Source: Blepharisma stoltei ATCC 30299 (Eukaryota; Protista; Ciliophora). From it: a DNA stretch of 64,000 nt. The notes under the pieces were generated by a model. The model was not told where the DNA came from and searched no databases. It was given only the letters and a program-made list of their open reading frames with translations. Of the stretch, positions 34,287-45,600 are shown piece after piece. The DNA lies in the NCBI GenBank assembly GCA_965603825.1, contig CBFDEM010000021.1, forward strand, positions 620,001 through 684,000, in the 5' to 3' direction. Every line of letters begins with the position of its first letter. Position 1 is the stretch's first letter. Both the position numbers and the translations under genes were made by a program.

Positions 34287-35999
34287 ATGAGGTATTTTGC
34301 ATCTCACCTTTTCATTGCTTTTCTATTTTTAAATCAAGCCCTCACTTATAACGGCCACACATTACTTCAATTTCTTTTGCTCAAGCAAGACTCTACGACT
34401 GAAGAATCCTCAGATTCACAAGCTGACACATCTGATACAGCCTCTCAAACTCAAGACTCCTCATCTGAGTCTTCTTCTGATTCCGAAGTAACTACAAGCA
34501 TGGGGAAAATCGGCGAAGGCGTAGAAAAAATTGACGAAGACTTGTCGTCCTTTTCAACAAAATTCGATTCAGCATTAAAAGATTTAAATAAGCAAATTGA
34601 AACCTCAATTAGCACTACTTCTGATATGACGATTACTCTTATGGATGCACAGATATCACAATATGAAGCAGAACTTGAAACAATAAACCAAATAATTGCC
34701 CAGCTAGAAAAAGAGCTTGTCATTTATACTGATAAATGCGGAGATTTTGCATCATGCACAAGCTGCACTGTAAGTAATAGTTGCATATGGTGCAATTCAA
34801 AAGAAGAGTGCATGGCTGGAGATAGTGAGGGACCTTATGAGTCTGCATGCGACTCTTTCGAGTACAATTCTTGTCCAGATGCCGCATGTGAAGAATTTTA
34901 TAGCTGCTCTTCGTGTTTAACAAGATCTGATTGTGGATGGTGCGATAGTGGACAGTATTGTTTAACTGGAACTGCAGAAAATTCTGGAGATTGTGACGAG
35001 CTTTACTATTACCACTCCCAGGCAGCAAATAGCGAGTGTCCTGAGGACTCTGGAAGTTCCACAGAAGGTCAAGACTCTGAGTATGATAGGTATATAAGCT
35101 CCAACCCAACAGAAAGTGAAGATGAGTGGATAAATGACACTGAAAAAAAGTTGGATGAATATAGACTTCAAGCCTCAGTATTAAATTCAAAAATTTCTGT
35201 ACTTGAAAGCGATAAAGAAAATATTGAGTCGACTACGGAAGAAGGATTAGCAATTGAAATGAATGATATTGCGGTTGAGCATACTCTTGATGGACTCGGA
35301 AAAGAAGTTGATAGCTTATATCAGGACGAAATCGATGAAAGCAGAGAATATGAAGAAGAGCTAGCTGAAAGCTCTAGCGATCAAGTAGTTAGCGAAGTAG
35401 GGGAAGTTATAGATGAAAGCACTGATGAAGTCAATCAGGAAATAGATGACACCACCGAATATTTTGAGAAGGAAATCGATGATTTAGACGATGAGCTTTC
35501 TGCTCAGTTAGCTGAACTAGAAACGAGTCTTAATGAGCTCGAAGAGTCTGTTGACTCTGCAAGTACAACTACTACAACAACGTCAGACACTACATCAACA
35601 GATACAACCGATGGGACGGAGACTACTCAAACGTCCACAGAAACTACTGAGGGAGCAGAAACTGAATCTTCCGAAACTGAAGGAGATACTGAAACATCAG
35701 ATTCAAGCCAAGAAACTGAAGTGGCTTCATTTTTGCAAATAAACGAAGTGCTGGGAGGAAGGTCAATAAAAACATTTAATTGTAGGAAAATTTTGGACTT
35801 TATAATGAAGGAAATGTTTGAAGCGAATTCTGAAGAAGAATTTGAACAAAAGAAGCTCGAGTTGTATGAAAAATTAATTTCCAGAGCTAAAGACAAATTT
35901 TATGGAAATATTGACTCTCAGAATTTAGAAGAAATCATGAGCATAACATATGAGCATAGAGAAGATAAGAGTTTCATTCGAAAGCTGCAATACTGTTAA
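34287..35999 (+). CDS. Secreted acidic protein with two PSI-like Cys repeats between coiled coils, 570 aa
   Basis: Signal peptide; CxxFxSCxSCxxxxxCxWC pattern twice; D/E/S/T-rich tracts. Confidence 0.85.
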   Translation: MRYFASHLFIAFLFLNQALTYNGHTLLQFLLLKQDSTTEESSDSQADTSDTASQTQDSSSESSSDSEVTTSMGKIGEGVEKIDEDLSSFSTKFDSALKDLNKQIETSISTTSDMTITLMDAQISQYEAELETINQIIAQLEKELVIYTDKCGDFASCTSCTVSNSCIWCNSKEECMAGDSEGPYESACDSFEYNSCPDAACEEFYSCSSCLTRSDCGWCDSGQYCLTGTAENSGDCDELYYYHSQAANSECPEDSGSSTEGQDSEYDRYISSNPTESEDEWINDTEKKLDEYRLQASVLNSKISVLESDKENIESTTEEGLAIEMNDIAVEHTLDGLGKEVDSLYQDEIDESREYEEELAESSSDQVVSEVGEVIDESTDEVNQEIDDTTEYFEKEIDDLDDELSAQLAELETSLNELEESVDSASTTTTTTSDTTSTDTTDGTETTQTSTETTEGAETESSETEGDTETSDSSQETEVASFLQINEVLGGRSIKTFNCRKILDFIMKEMFEANSEEEFEQKKLELYEKLISRAKDKFYGNIDSQNLEEIMSITYEHREDKSFIRKLQYC

Positions 36000-36281
36000 G
36001 AAAGGATCTATCAATAATTAAAAGTCATTATAAATTTATCTTTATATAAATGAGATTATTATTTAGTGACTTGCCAAATCTTTTAAGATTAAGCCATAAA
36101 AAATTCACAAATTTTTATTGCTGATTTATAAACTTTTTTCTTAAATTGATGTAAGTTATTAGCCACTTACTATCTTAAAATCATTTTAAACACTGGAAGG
36201 TACTTTAAATCTTTATTTAATCTCAGTCAAAAGAAAATATCGAGTTCATGTTATCAAAATCTATTACCAAATTAAATATAA

Positions 36282-36659
36282 ATGACCGAAGAACAAAAAT
36301 CAAAAAATCAAGAAAATTTTTCTCCAAAAGGCGGAAACCAACCAATTCAAAACCCAAAACAAGCCGTCATAGTAACAGATAAAATTGTGAAGATCCCTGT
36401 ATCTGAAACGAAAATCCCTAATTACCCACTTTTTGTATATGTATTTCCAACAGATGGAAACAACCAATTGGAGAACGAAGAGGAAGAGCCTCAGGAAAAT
36501 CCAGAGAATGCTGAAGCACTTCAATTAAATTTGGATCCAAACATTGTGGATCTTTGGTGCTGTAAAATGAATAAAAAGACTTTTTTATTGTTATTGATAT
36601 TTGGAATAATTTTTGCAATTGGCGTAATTGCGTATAATGTTGGCAAAGCAAGAAATTAA
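36282..36659 (+). CDS. Small tail-anchored membrane protein, 125 aa
   Basis: Single C-terminal hydrophobic helix (FLLLLIFGIIFAIGVIAY) preceded by WCC. Confidence 0.7.
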   Translation: MTEEQKSKNQENFSPKGGNQPIQNPKQAVIVTDKIVKIPVSETKIPNYPLFVYVFPTDGNNQLENEEEEPQENPENAEALQLNLDPNIVDLWCCKMNKKTFLLLLIFGIIFAIGVIAYNVGKARN

Positions 36660-36680
36660 TTAATCAGTCAATTAAATTAA

Positions 36681-37676
36681 ATGGAAATTCCTAGGATATT
36701 TAATCCATCTCGCCGCAAAGGACTTCACAAAGAAAGGCTGCAAATGTCAGGAGAAGACTATGCAGAACTTTTTAAGATCTCAATCTTGTTTCAAGACGCA
36801 ATAAAGATCATTTTAGACAGAAGAGAAGATAAACCGCTAGATTTATTACAGGAATAGTAAAATTAACGCAGTTTTTCAGTAGCGCTTAAAGGAGAACACG
36901 TGCTTTTAAGGGATTTTTCCTTTATTAGCTCTTCACAGTACAATCGCAGCTGTTTTATAAATCAAGTAGCTAAAATTTTTCATACAAATCCTTATTTCAA
37001 AATTATAACAGCGCTTGATTACCATCAGTGCTTATGTCTCCTTTGTTCAGATTTTCCAAGATCATTGGTATTGGAAGTCTCTAAAATAGTACCAGTACAC
37101 CCAAGCTACCAAAATAACTCTGAGAAACCAGAAAATTATATTTCCACTCTTTCGAATGAGCCAAGCCTCTTTGATAAATTTGACATTGAGGAATTTAGAC
37201 AAGGCGCGGAAATGTTTTTTTTCTATTCGGAATTTATGGAAAAACTGAAAACTTTATTTTCTGAGCTTTCAAGTGGAGATTTTTCAATTGAAAATGAAGT
37301 TATGATATCTCTTGCTTATTCAGGAATCAATTCAATTTATTCAAGAACGAGGTTTTCTTTATTTTTATTCCCACCAATTGAAATCGTGCAGGAAGCTTTG
37401 CTATCGAAAGCTCAAGGCAAGTTGCAGCTTCCATTAGATGAACTGTATCTAGTTGATGAAATAGGAGACAAGCTAAACGCAAGTGGGGCAATCGGCTATA
37501 AAGATTTATGCTTAGCTTTAATGAAGAATCCAGAGATTGCGCTTGAAATAGAGAGGCAATATCAAATTCCTAACAATCATGAAGAAGAGCTTAAAAAGCT
37601 TGCAACTGAAGAGCCAAGCAGTATAGAGCCTTCTTCTCAGAGCTCAAGGAGAGTAAGGACGAAGAAAAAGCGATAA
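36681..37676 (+). CDS. CSTPP1: Centriolar satellite-associated tubulin polyglutamylase complex regulator (C11orf49-like), one intron
   Basis: After splicing 36857-36871: FQDAIKIILDRRED...EYFSVALKGEHVLLRDFSFISSSQYNRSCF...DYHQCLCLLCSDFP, which matches my recollection of the C11orf49 N-terminus. Confidence 0.8.
36857..36871 (+). other. 15-nt intron GTAAAATTAACGCAG
   Basis: Phase 2; splicing turns TA|G into TA|T (Tyr of the conserved EYF). Confidence 0.9.
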
Positions 37677-37753
37677 ATGATAAGTTTAAATTCTAATAAA
37701 AATTAACAGCACATTTTATAAATTTTTCAATATTTTCATCAGAACTTACAATA

Positions 37754-39406
37754 TTATTCATCAAACATGGATTTTGTCTTCAGTGACACTTCTCTTGCTA
37801 TTACAGTTAAAGCTGAGTCACTGAATTCAAAAATTCTAGGCTGGATATAAGACCCATGACTAGGTCTTAATGCTGGTAATTTAACTTCTTTAACAATCTT
37901 TGGCCTTTCTGTTCTTTTGGTAAGACGATATAGAGAAGCTGATACTACTGCTTTTTTCTGCTTACTGCGATTTTCATTATTTGCAGATTTTAGTGACTTA
38001 GGGATAGGACTTGGTTTGGAGGAAATTGGAGCTGGAATTGAAGATGCAGCTGGAACTGAAGGGGGATTTTGAGTTAAATTAGTCTCTTTTTTAACCTTTG
38101 GCTTGACTCCTACGTTTGTAAGCCATATATCTTTGGCTGCCAGCATAAACTGCTCATAGAGTGTATTGTCTTCGACTGGGTATATTCTTGTATATCCACC
38201 TCGAAATTTCTTCTCAAGCTTTTGCTTTTCTTTTAATGACTTTGCTTGTAATTCACTTCTCATGCTCCTTATCTCTTTAATCCCTCTATTGGCTCTAAGA
38301 AACACTTGCCCATGATATTTTTCCAAATATTCAGCTCTGTTTCCTTTTTTCAGTCCCAGCATCCTGAGTGCATCACCAATCACAGCTTTTTTAATTGCAG
38401 AATCTAAAGGAGTATCTGTTGTAAAACTCGGAGTATGATTGACTTCCAATAAATGCGCTTTCAATTTATGATCCAAAAATATATCAAATCCCAAAATTTG
38501 CATGCAAATAGAATTTGTGGGGTCTACTGCTTGGCTTGATCTATATAAATGAGCTAATAATGGCTGGACAATGCAAACTGTTTTAACAATGACGTCTCCA
38601 ATTCTTTTCCAAATTGCATCTACATCTTCGCCCTGCTCTTCAAGTTTTTTCATAAAAGTGCTTAAACTTCTCTTGTGGCCAGAATAGTCATCAGCTTCAT
38701 TTCTATTGAATTGGAAATCTGGATTATTCTTGTTGATTGCATAATTTGTTAAATGCATGCACATATCACCTAAATTACTTGAAACTGGAGGTTGATAAGG
38801 GACAGTTGCAAGCCTAACTAATCCTTCTTTGTGAATAAACATCCTCAGAGGATCACAGCCTGCAATTAAAACATATACTCTAAGGTCAAATTTCAAGCCT
38901 TCGATTAAGAAAGGCTTGTGGAGATATCTTTGAACGACACAATGCTCTGGAATTTCTTCTAACTTTCGCGTTAGAAATATTCCACGGCCTTGACATGATG
39001 CTTCTGGCTTGCATATAAACGTTTTGGCACGCTTAGCGTTAAATTGGTTTTTAAGGTCGTTATAATCTTTAGGAAGAATCCAAGTGGGAGGAAAAAAGTT
39101 ATAATGTTCAGGAAACATCATTTTCATAGCTTTCAAATTTTTACCAAGATGATCTTTGCGGGCAACTGCATACATCCCTGGAAAATGATTAATTCTTTGA
39201 AAAGTCTTCAGTTGTGAGAGCTTTTCAGGTGGCAAAGCACAATCTTGCCAATAAACATCAGCTTCAGTATCATCTGGATCGAAGCTCAGTTTTCAACCAA
39301 GTATATTTGCAACTTCTTGAATGACTTCGTATTGTGTGTTTGCAGCATTTATTACAATTTCGTTTCCTCTTACTTCTTCCTCTTCTGAACCTGAAGACGA
39401 GTCCAT
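37754..39406 (-). CDS. TTLL6: Tubulin polyglutamylase, TTLL6/13-like, 550 aa
   Basis: QRINHFPGM, CQGRGIFL, KFDLRVYVL, HLTNYAINK, LLEVNHTPSF. ATG 39406 is reached through one TGA (LG[TGA]K). Confidence 0.9.
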
Positions 39407-39630
39407 CGTGATAATAAATTTAAGTTTATTTTATCGTTGAATTCATACAATAGATTATGATAAAGCAATACTATATAGAAGTTGCCTTAAAAATTATAAT
39501 CAAACAATGCACTAAATGGTTTACCAACTTAAAATTTTTGAATAGCATTTATTCAAATTTGTATGAATTTATACAAGATCTAATTTGTAAACTATATCCA
39601 GATATCGAGAGATACCTTAATAATTTAATT

Positions 39631-42600
39631 TTAAACATCATCACACTCACAAATAATTGCAACTCCTCTTTTTACCCAATGGCTCGGATCCTTGTCTGTC
39701 TTCAAACCGATATTGCATATGAAGTTAGCTGACTGACCCTTTGCTCCAGCTCTTAATGAAGTTTTAAAGACAGGGCATGTGAAAATTCCTTCATCTTGAA
39801 CTTGATTTTCTTCAGGCTTGAAATAAATATTAGGCAGCATATATGTGAACTCCTTAGTCATATTTTCCTCCAATTTTTCTTCATATCTAGCTCCTTCTAA
39901 AATAAGTCCACCTACTATGCATCCTTCTTCAACAAATATATCTTCATTAAGCACTTCATGTATGAATTTGACCCTTTCCATATCAGTTCCATGGTCTCTA
40001 GCGTAGTTTTGAAGGATTGCAGTCAAAAATGACTGCGGATAAAAGAATCCAGGAAACCAAAATACTTCAGGCGTTCCGTTTTCAATCCAGCTCTCAATGA
40101 AATTGACTCTTTCTGCTAAGTTATCAACAAATGATGCTAGTGGCTTTATCGTCGGATAAGAAATCTGCTTTCAGCTGTCAGGGACTTTTCCTATTAATAA
40201 GCTGGCTGCAATTTCTTCTAAATCAATTGACATTATTGAGTTTCCTGTAGCGGCTTGCTGCACTGCTGTAAGAGTAGACCTTGCAATACCTATTAATCTA
40301 TTATATCTCATAACTTCTTGCTGCAAAACAGTATTAAGGCTTTCTTCGAAGGTAATTGGGTATTTTTCTTTAATGTCTGCTAAATCAAATTCAGTAGGAA
40401 GCTTTTCCAGTATAGAAGTTGAGAGCCTATTCAGAAGCTTTCCTCTATCTTGCTTACTAAATTCATCATTATCCACTTCTTTTTCTCCAGTTTCTTTTCG
40501 GTAGTCGAAATCTTCAATTATAAGAGCGCTTCTTTTTACATGGGCTATAAGATCTAAAACTCTTTGGCCTTCAGAGCTTTCTAGCCTAATTTCTTGATTT
40601 GAGTGTAGCCCATAAATTTCAGGCGATTCATTGTATTCCATTTTTTCCACCAAAGAAAAAGTGGTTTTGAAGTTGTCCATTCTTTCTGGAATGCCTATGT
40701 TTTGCGATTCGCTTAAGAGGAATAATTTTTCCTTGATATGACTACTGAGAATTGGGTCAATTAATGCATGAATAAGTCTGATGTCTTGAGGTTCAGACAC
40801 CCTGCAACCATAAACTAAATCAGAAATGCAGTATCTCATCATATCCCATTGAATTTTTTCAGCTGGAAAGCTAATGACAACAGAAACTGAAGCCAAAAAG
40901 TCAGATTCTGTAAAATCGTATGGTCTGACTCATCCAACACCTTGATATCTGCATCGCTCTTGAATTGTTGCATGAGCAAAGCAAAGCCCATATAATAATC
41001 TTTTTTGAATATCATTAGAATGCAGAAATTGAGGCTCAATCTGATTAAGAGATCTTAAAAGAAAAGTTTTAAGTCCATTAGGAGGTTCCATTGTAATTTT
41101 TATGCATGTTTGAAGCAAAGTTATCGGCAAATGAGCAGTTGGAGAACTTGTTAGTCATAGCCGAAATTCTCGATGAGCCCCTGTTCCATTTAACTTTTCA
41201 ATTTCTTCTTCAAGGATTGGCATGAATGCTGGATATAAATGAATATTCTGCAATATAACCCAATGGTTCTTATTTTTCCCTTTTTCAATCATACTCAAAG
41301 CAGTTTCAATTTTTCCTGCACCTAGCGAAACAGTCACAATTTTTGCATATAATCTAAGTCTCGCATTAAGGCTGAACAATTCTGAAATTGGATCTGACGA
41401 ATGTGTATGGAATATCAAAAATGGAGTATTATAAGTTGATTCTTCAAAGCTGTTCTCAATCGAATTAGGGTCAGAATTTAAAAACTCATCTCCAAGCACA
41501 TTGCTAATTAGCACTCCATATCCCCTAGTAAGTCTTTCGCTTCTAAGAATTTTTAATATGCATAATCTCTGCAAAGCTATAAATATTTTTTTCGTGCGCT
41601 CAGATAAAGAAGCTTCAAGCAGCTTTTTCTTTTCAAATCGCTTTTGAGTAAACTGAATTAAGCTGCTGACGTCACCTTCTTCTCTTGCTTTTGCTTCAAA
41701 AAATTTTTGATCAGTAGGCATTGCTGCATTATAAGGAGAAGGAACTGGCTCTTGTTCTGGTTTTTCAGAAAAAATGAAACTCCTTTTTCAAACCTCTGGA
41801 GACTGTAAAATATAAGTTGCTAGTGGAGGATCTTTGAAAGGATAAAAGGCAGAGAGCTCCCTAATCCCACACCAAGCTTCATCATTTAGGAAATCAATTG
41901 GTGAAGGCTCTTCTATTGGATCGATTTCTCCAAGCAAAAATGAGGCTAAGTCTCTTGTGATAGACTCTTCAGATTGAATGATCTTAAAGCAAAGCATAAC
42001 AGCAAATAGAAGTTTGTCCTGTTCAAATAGAGAAGCACATACTTTAAAATATAAGTGAAGGGTAAATTCATGGATTAAAAATTCAACTCTTTTGGCATCA
42101 TCATGATTTTCAGCTTGATTTCTCAGCACTTGAGAGCAGTGCCTTAAGAATCACTTCAATGAAAATTGGTAGATTGGCTTAATTTTGGCTACATCTACAA
42201 CCGAGAAAAACAGAGAAGTCGCTCGTGATGCTACTGGAGAATATATATCTCGAGCTTTATTGATTCTTTTCTCAGTTTTTTCACTATTTCTCAGTCTTTG
42301 GGCAATATCTTCAGCTGTTTGCTTTAAGGCATTTAAATGCAGAACCAATTCTTCATCTTCAAGAATGTCTCCTTGAAACGAGCTTAATTGGCCAATAATT
42401 TGTGCTTCGAGACTCTTGAGTTCTTTTTTATTTTGAGTTGTCTGGCTAATTAAAGTGTTGTGCCTTTCTTCGATTTCTCTTCTTTCTGAAGTTACAATTA
42501 GAGCTAGGACTTGGTCATAAAGTCCATCAGGTGTAATTGCAAAGTTAAGTAAATTTGTAATCGAGCAGATTTCAGGGTGGTAATGAGGGTTATTAAGTCT

Positions 42601-45600
42601 TGATATCAGATAAAGCTTGAACTCAGGGTTAAATCGCAATTCCATGTCTGAGAATTTAATAGAGCCAGACTGTATATATTCCTTATTTAAAATTGGCTGT
42701 AATACAGGATCTAAAGATTCCTCTATGTTAACAATGACTGCAGACCCTAATTGAATTGCTGTCTCTAATATAGAGAGAAATCGTCTATCAGAAAACCTCG
42801 TTATTGGGATGCCTTGGTGCATATTTTTTAGCCACCTATAAGCTTGAGACTGAGGATCAATACATATCGAATACTTGAGAGAAGTTTTCAAAATTATTGC
42901 GTTTTCTACCGAGTAGCCGTCATTGGGCAGCTCATTTGCAATCCATTCCCTGATTGTGACTGCATCTCCAAACATTCCCATTAAATCAAAACTCTCACTG
43001 CTATTTACACCTTGCTGAGTCACTAAGGTTTGCCATTTTTCCATGCATGCTTCTCGATAGGAAAGAGGAAACGGGCCAAGGAATGTGACAAAGGCCGAGC
43101 CTAGGACGATGTCTCCAACTAAATTAACTAAACTTGTTGATAAGAGTCTAGAGGTAACCGTCCACCTCTGCATTTCTCCCCCTAATCCTCCGATGAGTTT
43201 TTCTGCCCTGAGGATCTTCTGTTTATTTTTTATAATTGCTTGCAAAATTTGCCCCCTTTCACTCTCTTTTTGGGTTTGCACATCAATAAGCCCGTTGAGT
43301 TGATTTTGGATTGCACTCAATTCTTTTTTCTTGACTTTAAGCTCAGTTTGCAAAGTTTCACAGAGTTTTTGAGCTTCGGATAATGCTTTTTCTTTAGGCC
43401 TAATATCTCGCTGCACAGTATTATATTTAACCATCGCGATAACCCAATTGCACATTCCTTTCGCAGCTATAGAAGCATGCTCAGCATTTTCAGAGTTGAA
43501 ATCAGGATTTCTGACAAAATTTTCAAGTTTTTCCATAATTGATCTTGGAATATTGGATTTATCGAAATTTATTAGCCTATCTAGGATTTTTGGGTCTCCT
43601 AACACTTTTTTGCCCATAGCAGTCATCCAATAGTCCTCAATGAAAACACCTCCTTTTTTATATCTTGTAGCAGGAACATTCAAAAGAACACAAACTGCTT
43701 CTAATATCATTTTTACTGTCTGTGGGGGCTTACTTAAACTTTTGAGCTCAGCTATATCATATTTCGACAGCTGTCCTAGCGCATGTCTTGCTTGGTTTAA
43801 TTCGGGCATAACTTTATCTATCTGTTCTTGGCACTCAGCTCTGATTCTTTCAGCGTTATCAGACTGCTCTTTTACATAAGCTTCTTCTTGAGATACTACA
43901 TCGCCTTTTTGTCTGAGCTCGCTCCCTTGAGTTTCTACATCATTTAATATAGTTTCAAGTTCAGCTTCATACTTGGCAAGGTTTTTTTCTTGGACCTTAA
44001 GCCCTTCTTGCAGATTTCTTAGTTCTTCTTTTGTGCGGTAAAGCAAACTTAAACTGCTTTCATATCTCCGCTTAATTGTTTCGTAGTTTTCCCGCTTCAT
44101 TACTAGGAGATGAGCAAAAGTGTGGAGAAAATCAAGAAGTGACATAGGCGTTATATAGATATATCTCCCTTCTTTTCGGATAAGCTCTTGAGCTGTCTCT
44201 TTCACGTCTTTAAAGATTTGAACACAGACAGCTGAAACTCCTTTTTGCAGGTTCATTGGGACCTCTTGCACCTGTGATAAAAAAATTTGTGAAACTGCGG
44301 TGAGCCCATTAATGGGCCAGTCTAAAAACCAGTCCACTGTTGTGCATGTGACTAATGCTGGATAAGACCGTATTCTTTGCCTGAACTTGTTTCCAATAGG
44401 ACTCATGCAAATAATCATTGTCAAATTATCTTTTATGTGCTTTATAAACTTTTGTCAGTTTCTCATCCGTTCCAGATCAGTCGAAGCTGCATCCTTTCCA
44501 GTGATTTCTATAATTTCTTCAGGTGTAAATAGATTTGGAATTTCCCCAGAATTAAGGAAGCACTGCAAATCTTCTAAGAAATATTCAAAAACAATTTGAG
44601 TTTCATCCAAAACAAAGACTCCTTTTTGATTTTCGCTGCCAGTTGCATAAAATACTTTCTTCAGGTCTTCTTTTCAATCCTCATTTGAATACTGATGCTT
44701 CAATTCAATCATGTGCAGATGGTATCCAAACATAAAGGCACTTAACTTCGCTAATGAGTGCTTTCCAGACCCTCCTATCCCTACTAATAAAGCGTGACTA
44801 TGAGGAGCTTTTATAATTCTTGTTATATGCAAAAGATGCTCAATAACATAATTAAAAATAATAAGGGGAATCATTGGGTTTTCCTGGTTATACCTATCAA
44901 GCGCCGCTTTTAAGCTATCTTGAGCAGAATCTATGCTCTTAATTTCCACATAATCTTGATAATTCCCTCCACCTCTGAATAAAACCCCATAAATAGGGAC
45001 GGGCTTTTCATTTATTAACTCAAGTGGAGTCATTTGTATTGGGTCCTCCGCAAGTTCAGAGTCTGGTGGAAGCTCAGTTTCAACTACTGCTTGAGCAAGC
45101 TAAATAGGAATTACACTTTTGAATGTATCAATAGTTACAGCATCAATCAGCCTTAAGAACTGTAGTCTATCAATTGAATCAATAAGCCTGTCGTGAAAAG
45201 TCCTTAAAGCTTCATGATACCAGAGCCTTATCAAATTTTCTTTCTTTCTTATTGACTTAGGATTGCATATTGACATACCTTTCAGCAGAAAATTTATATC
45301 TCGAATATTAAAGTTATAGTGAACCCTTGTTGGAGTAGGTCGAAATACTTCTTGAATTTTGAAAAATAAAGCAATTGTAGCATCGACTATTCTTTGCTCT
45401 AGGCCTCTTGTAGCTCTTTCTGAAAACCTTGTTGATATTTCACCAAATATAATATCATATATTTCGTGTAGAAGCTTTTCTGTAGGAGGAGATAAAGGTA
45501 TAAGAGCATAGTGCCTTAAAATCCTTATGGATGTAGCTAACATTTGCTGGGGTTTTTGAGTTAAAGAGCAGAGGAAAAAAATATTTTCAAGTGTTTTAAA

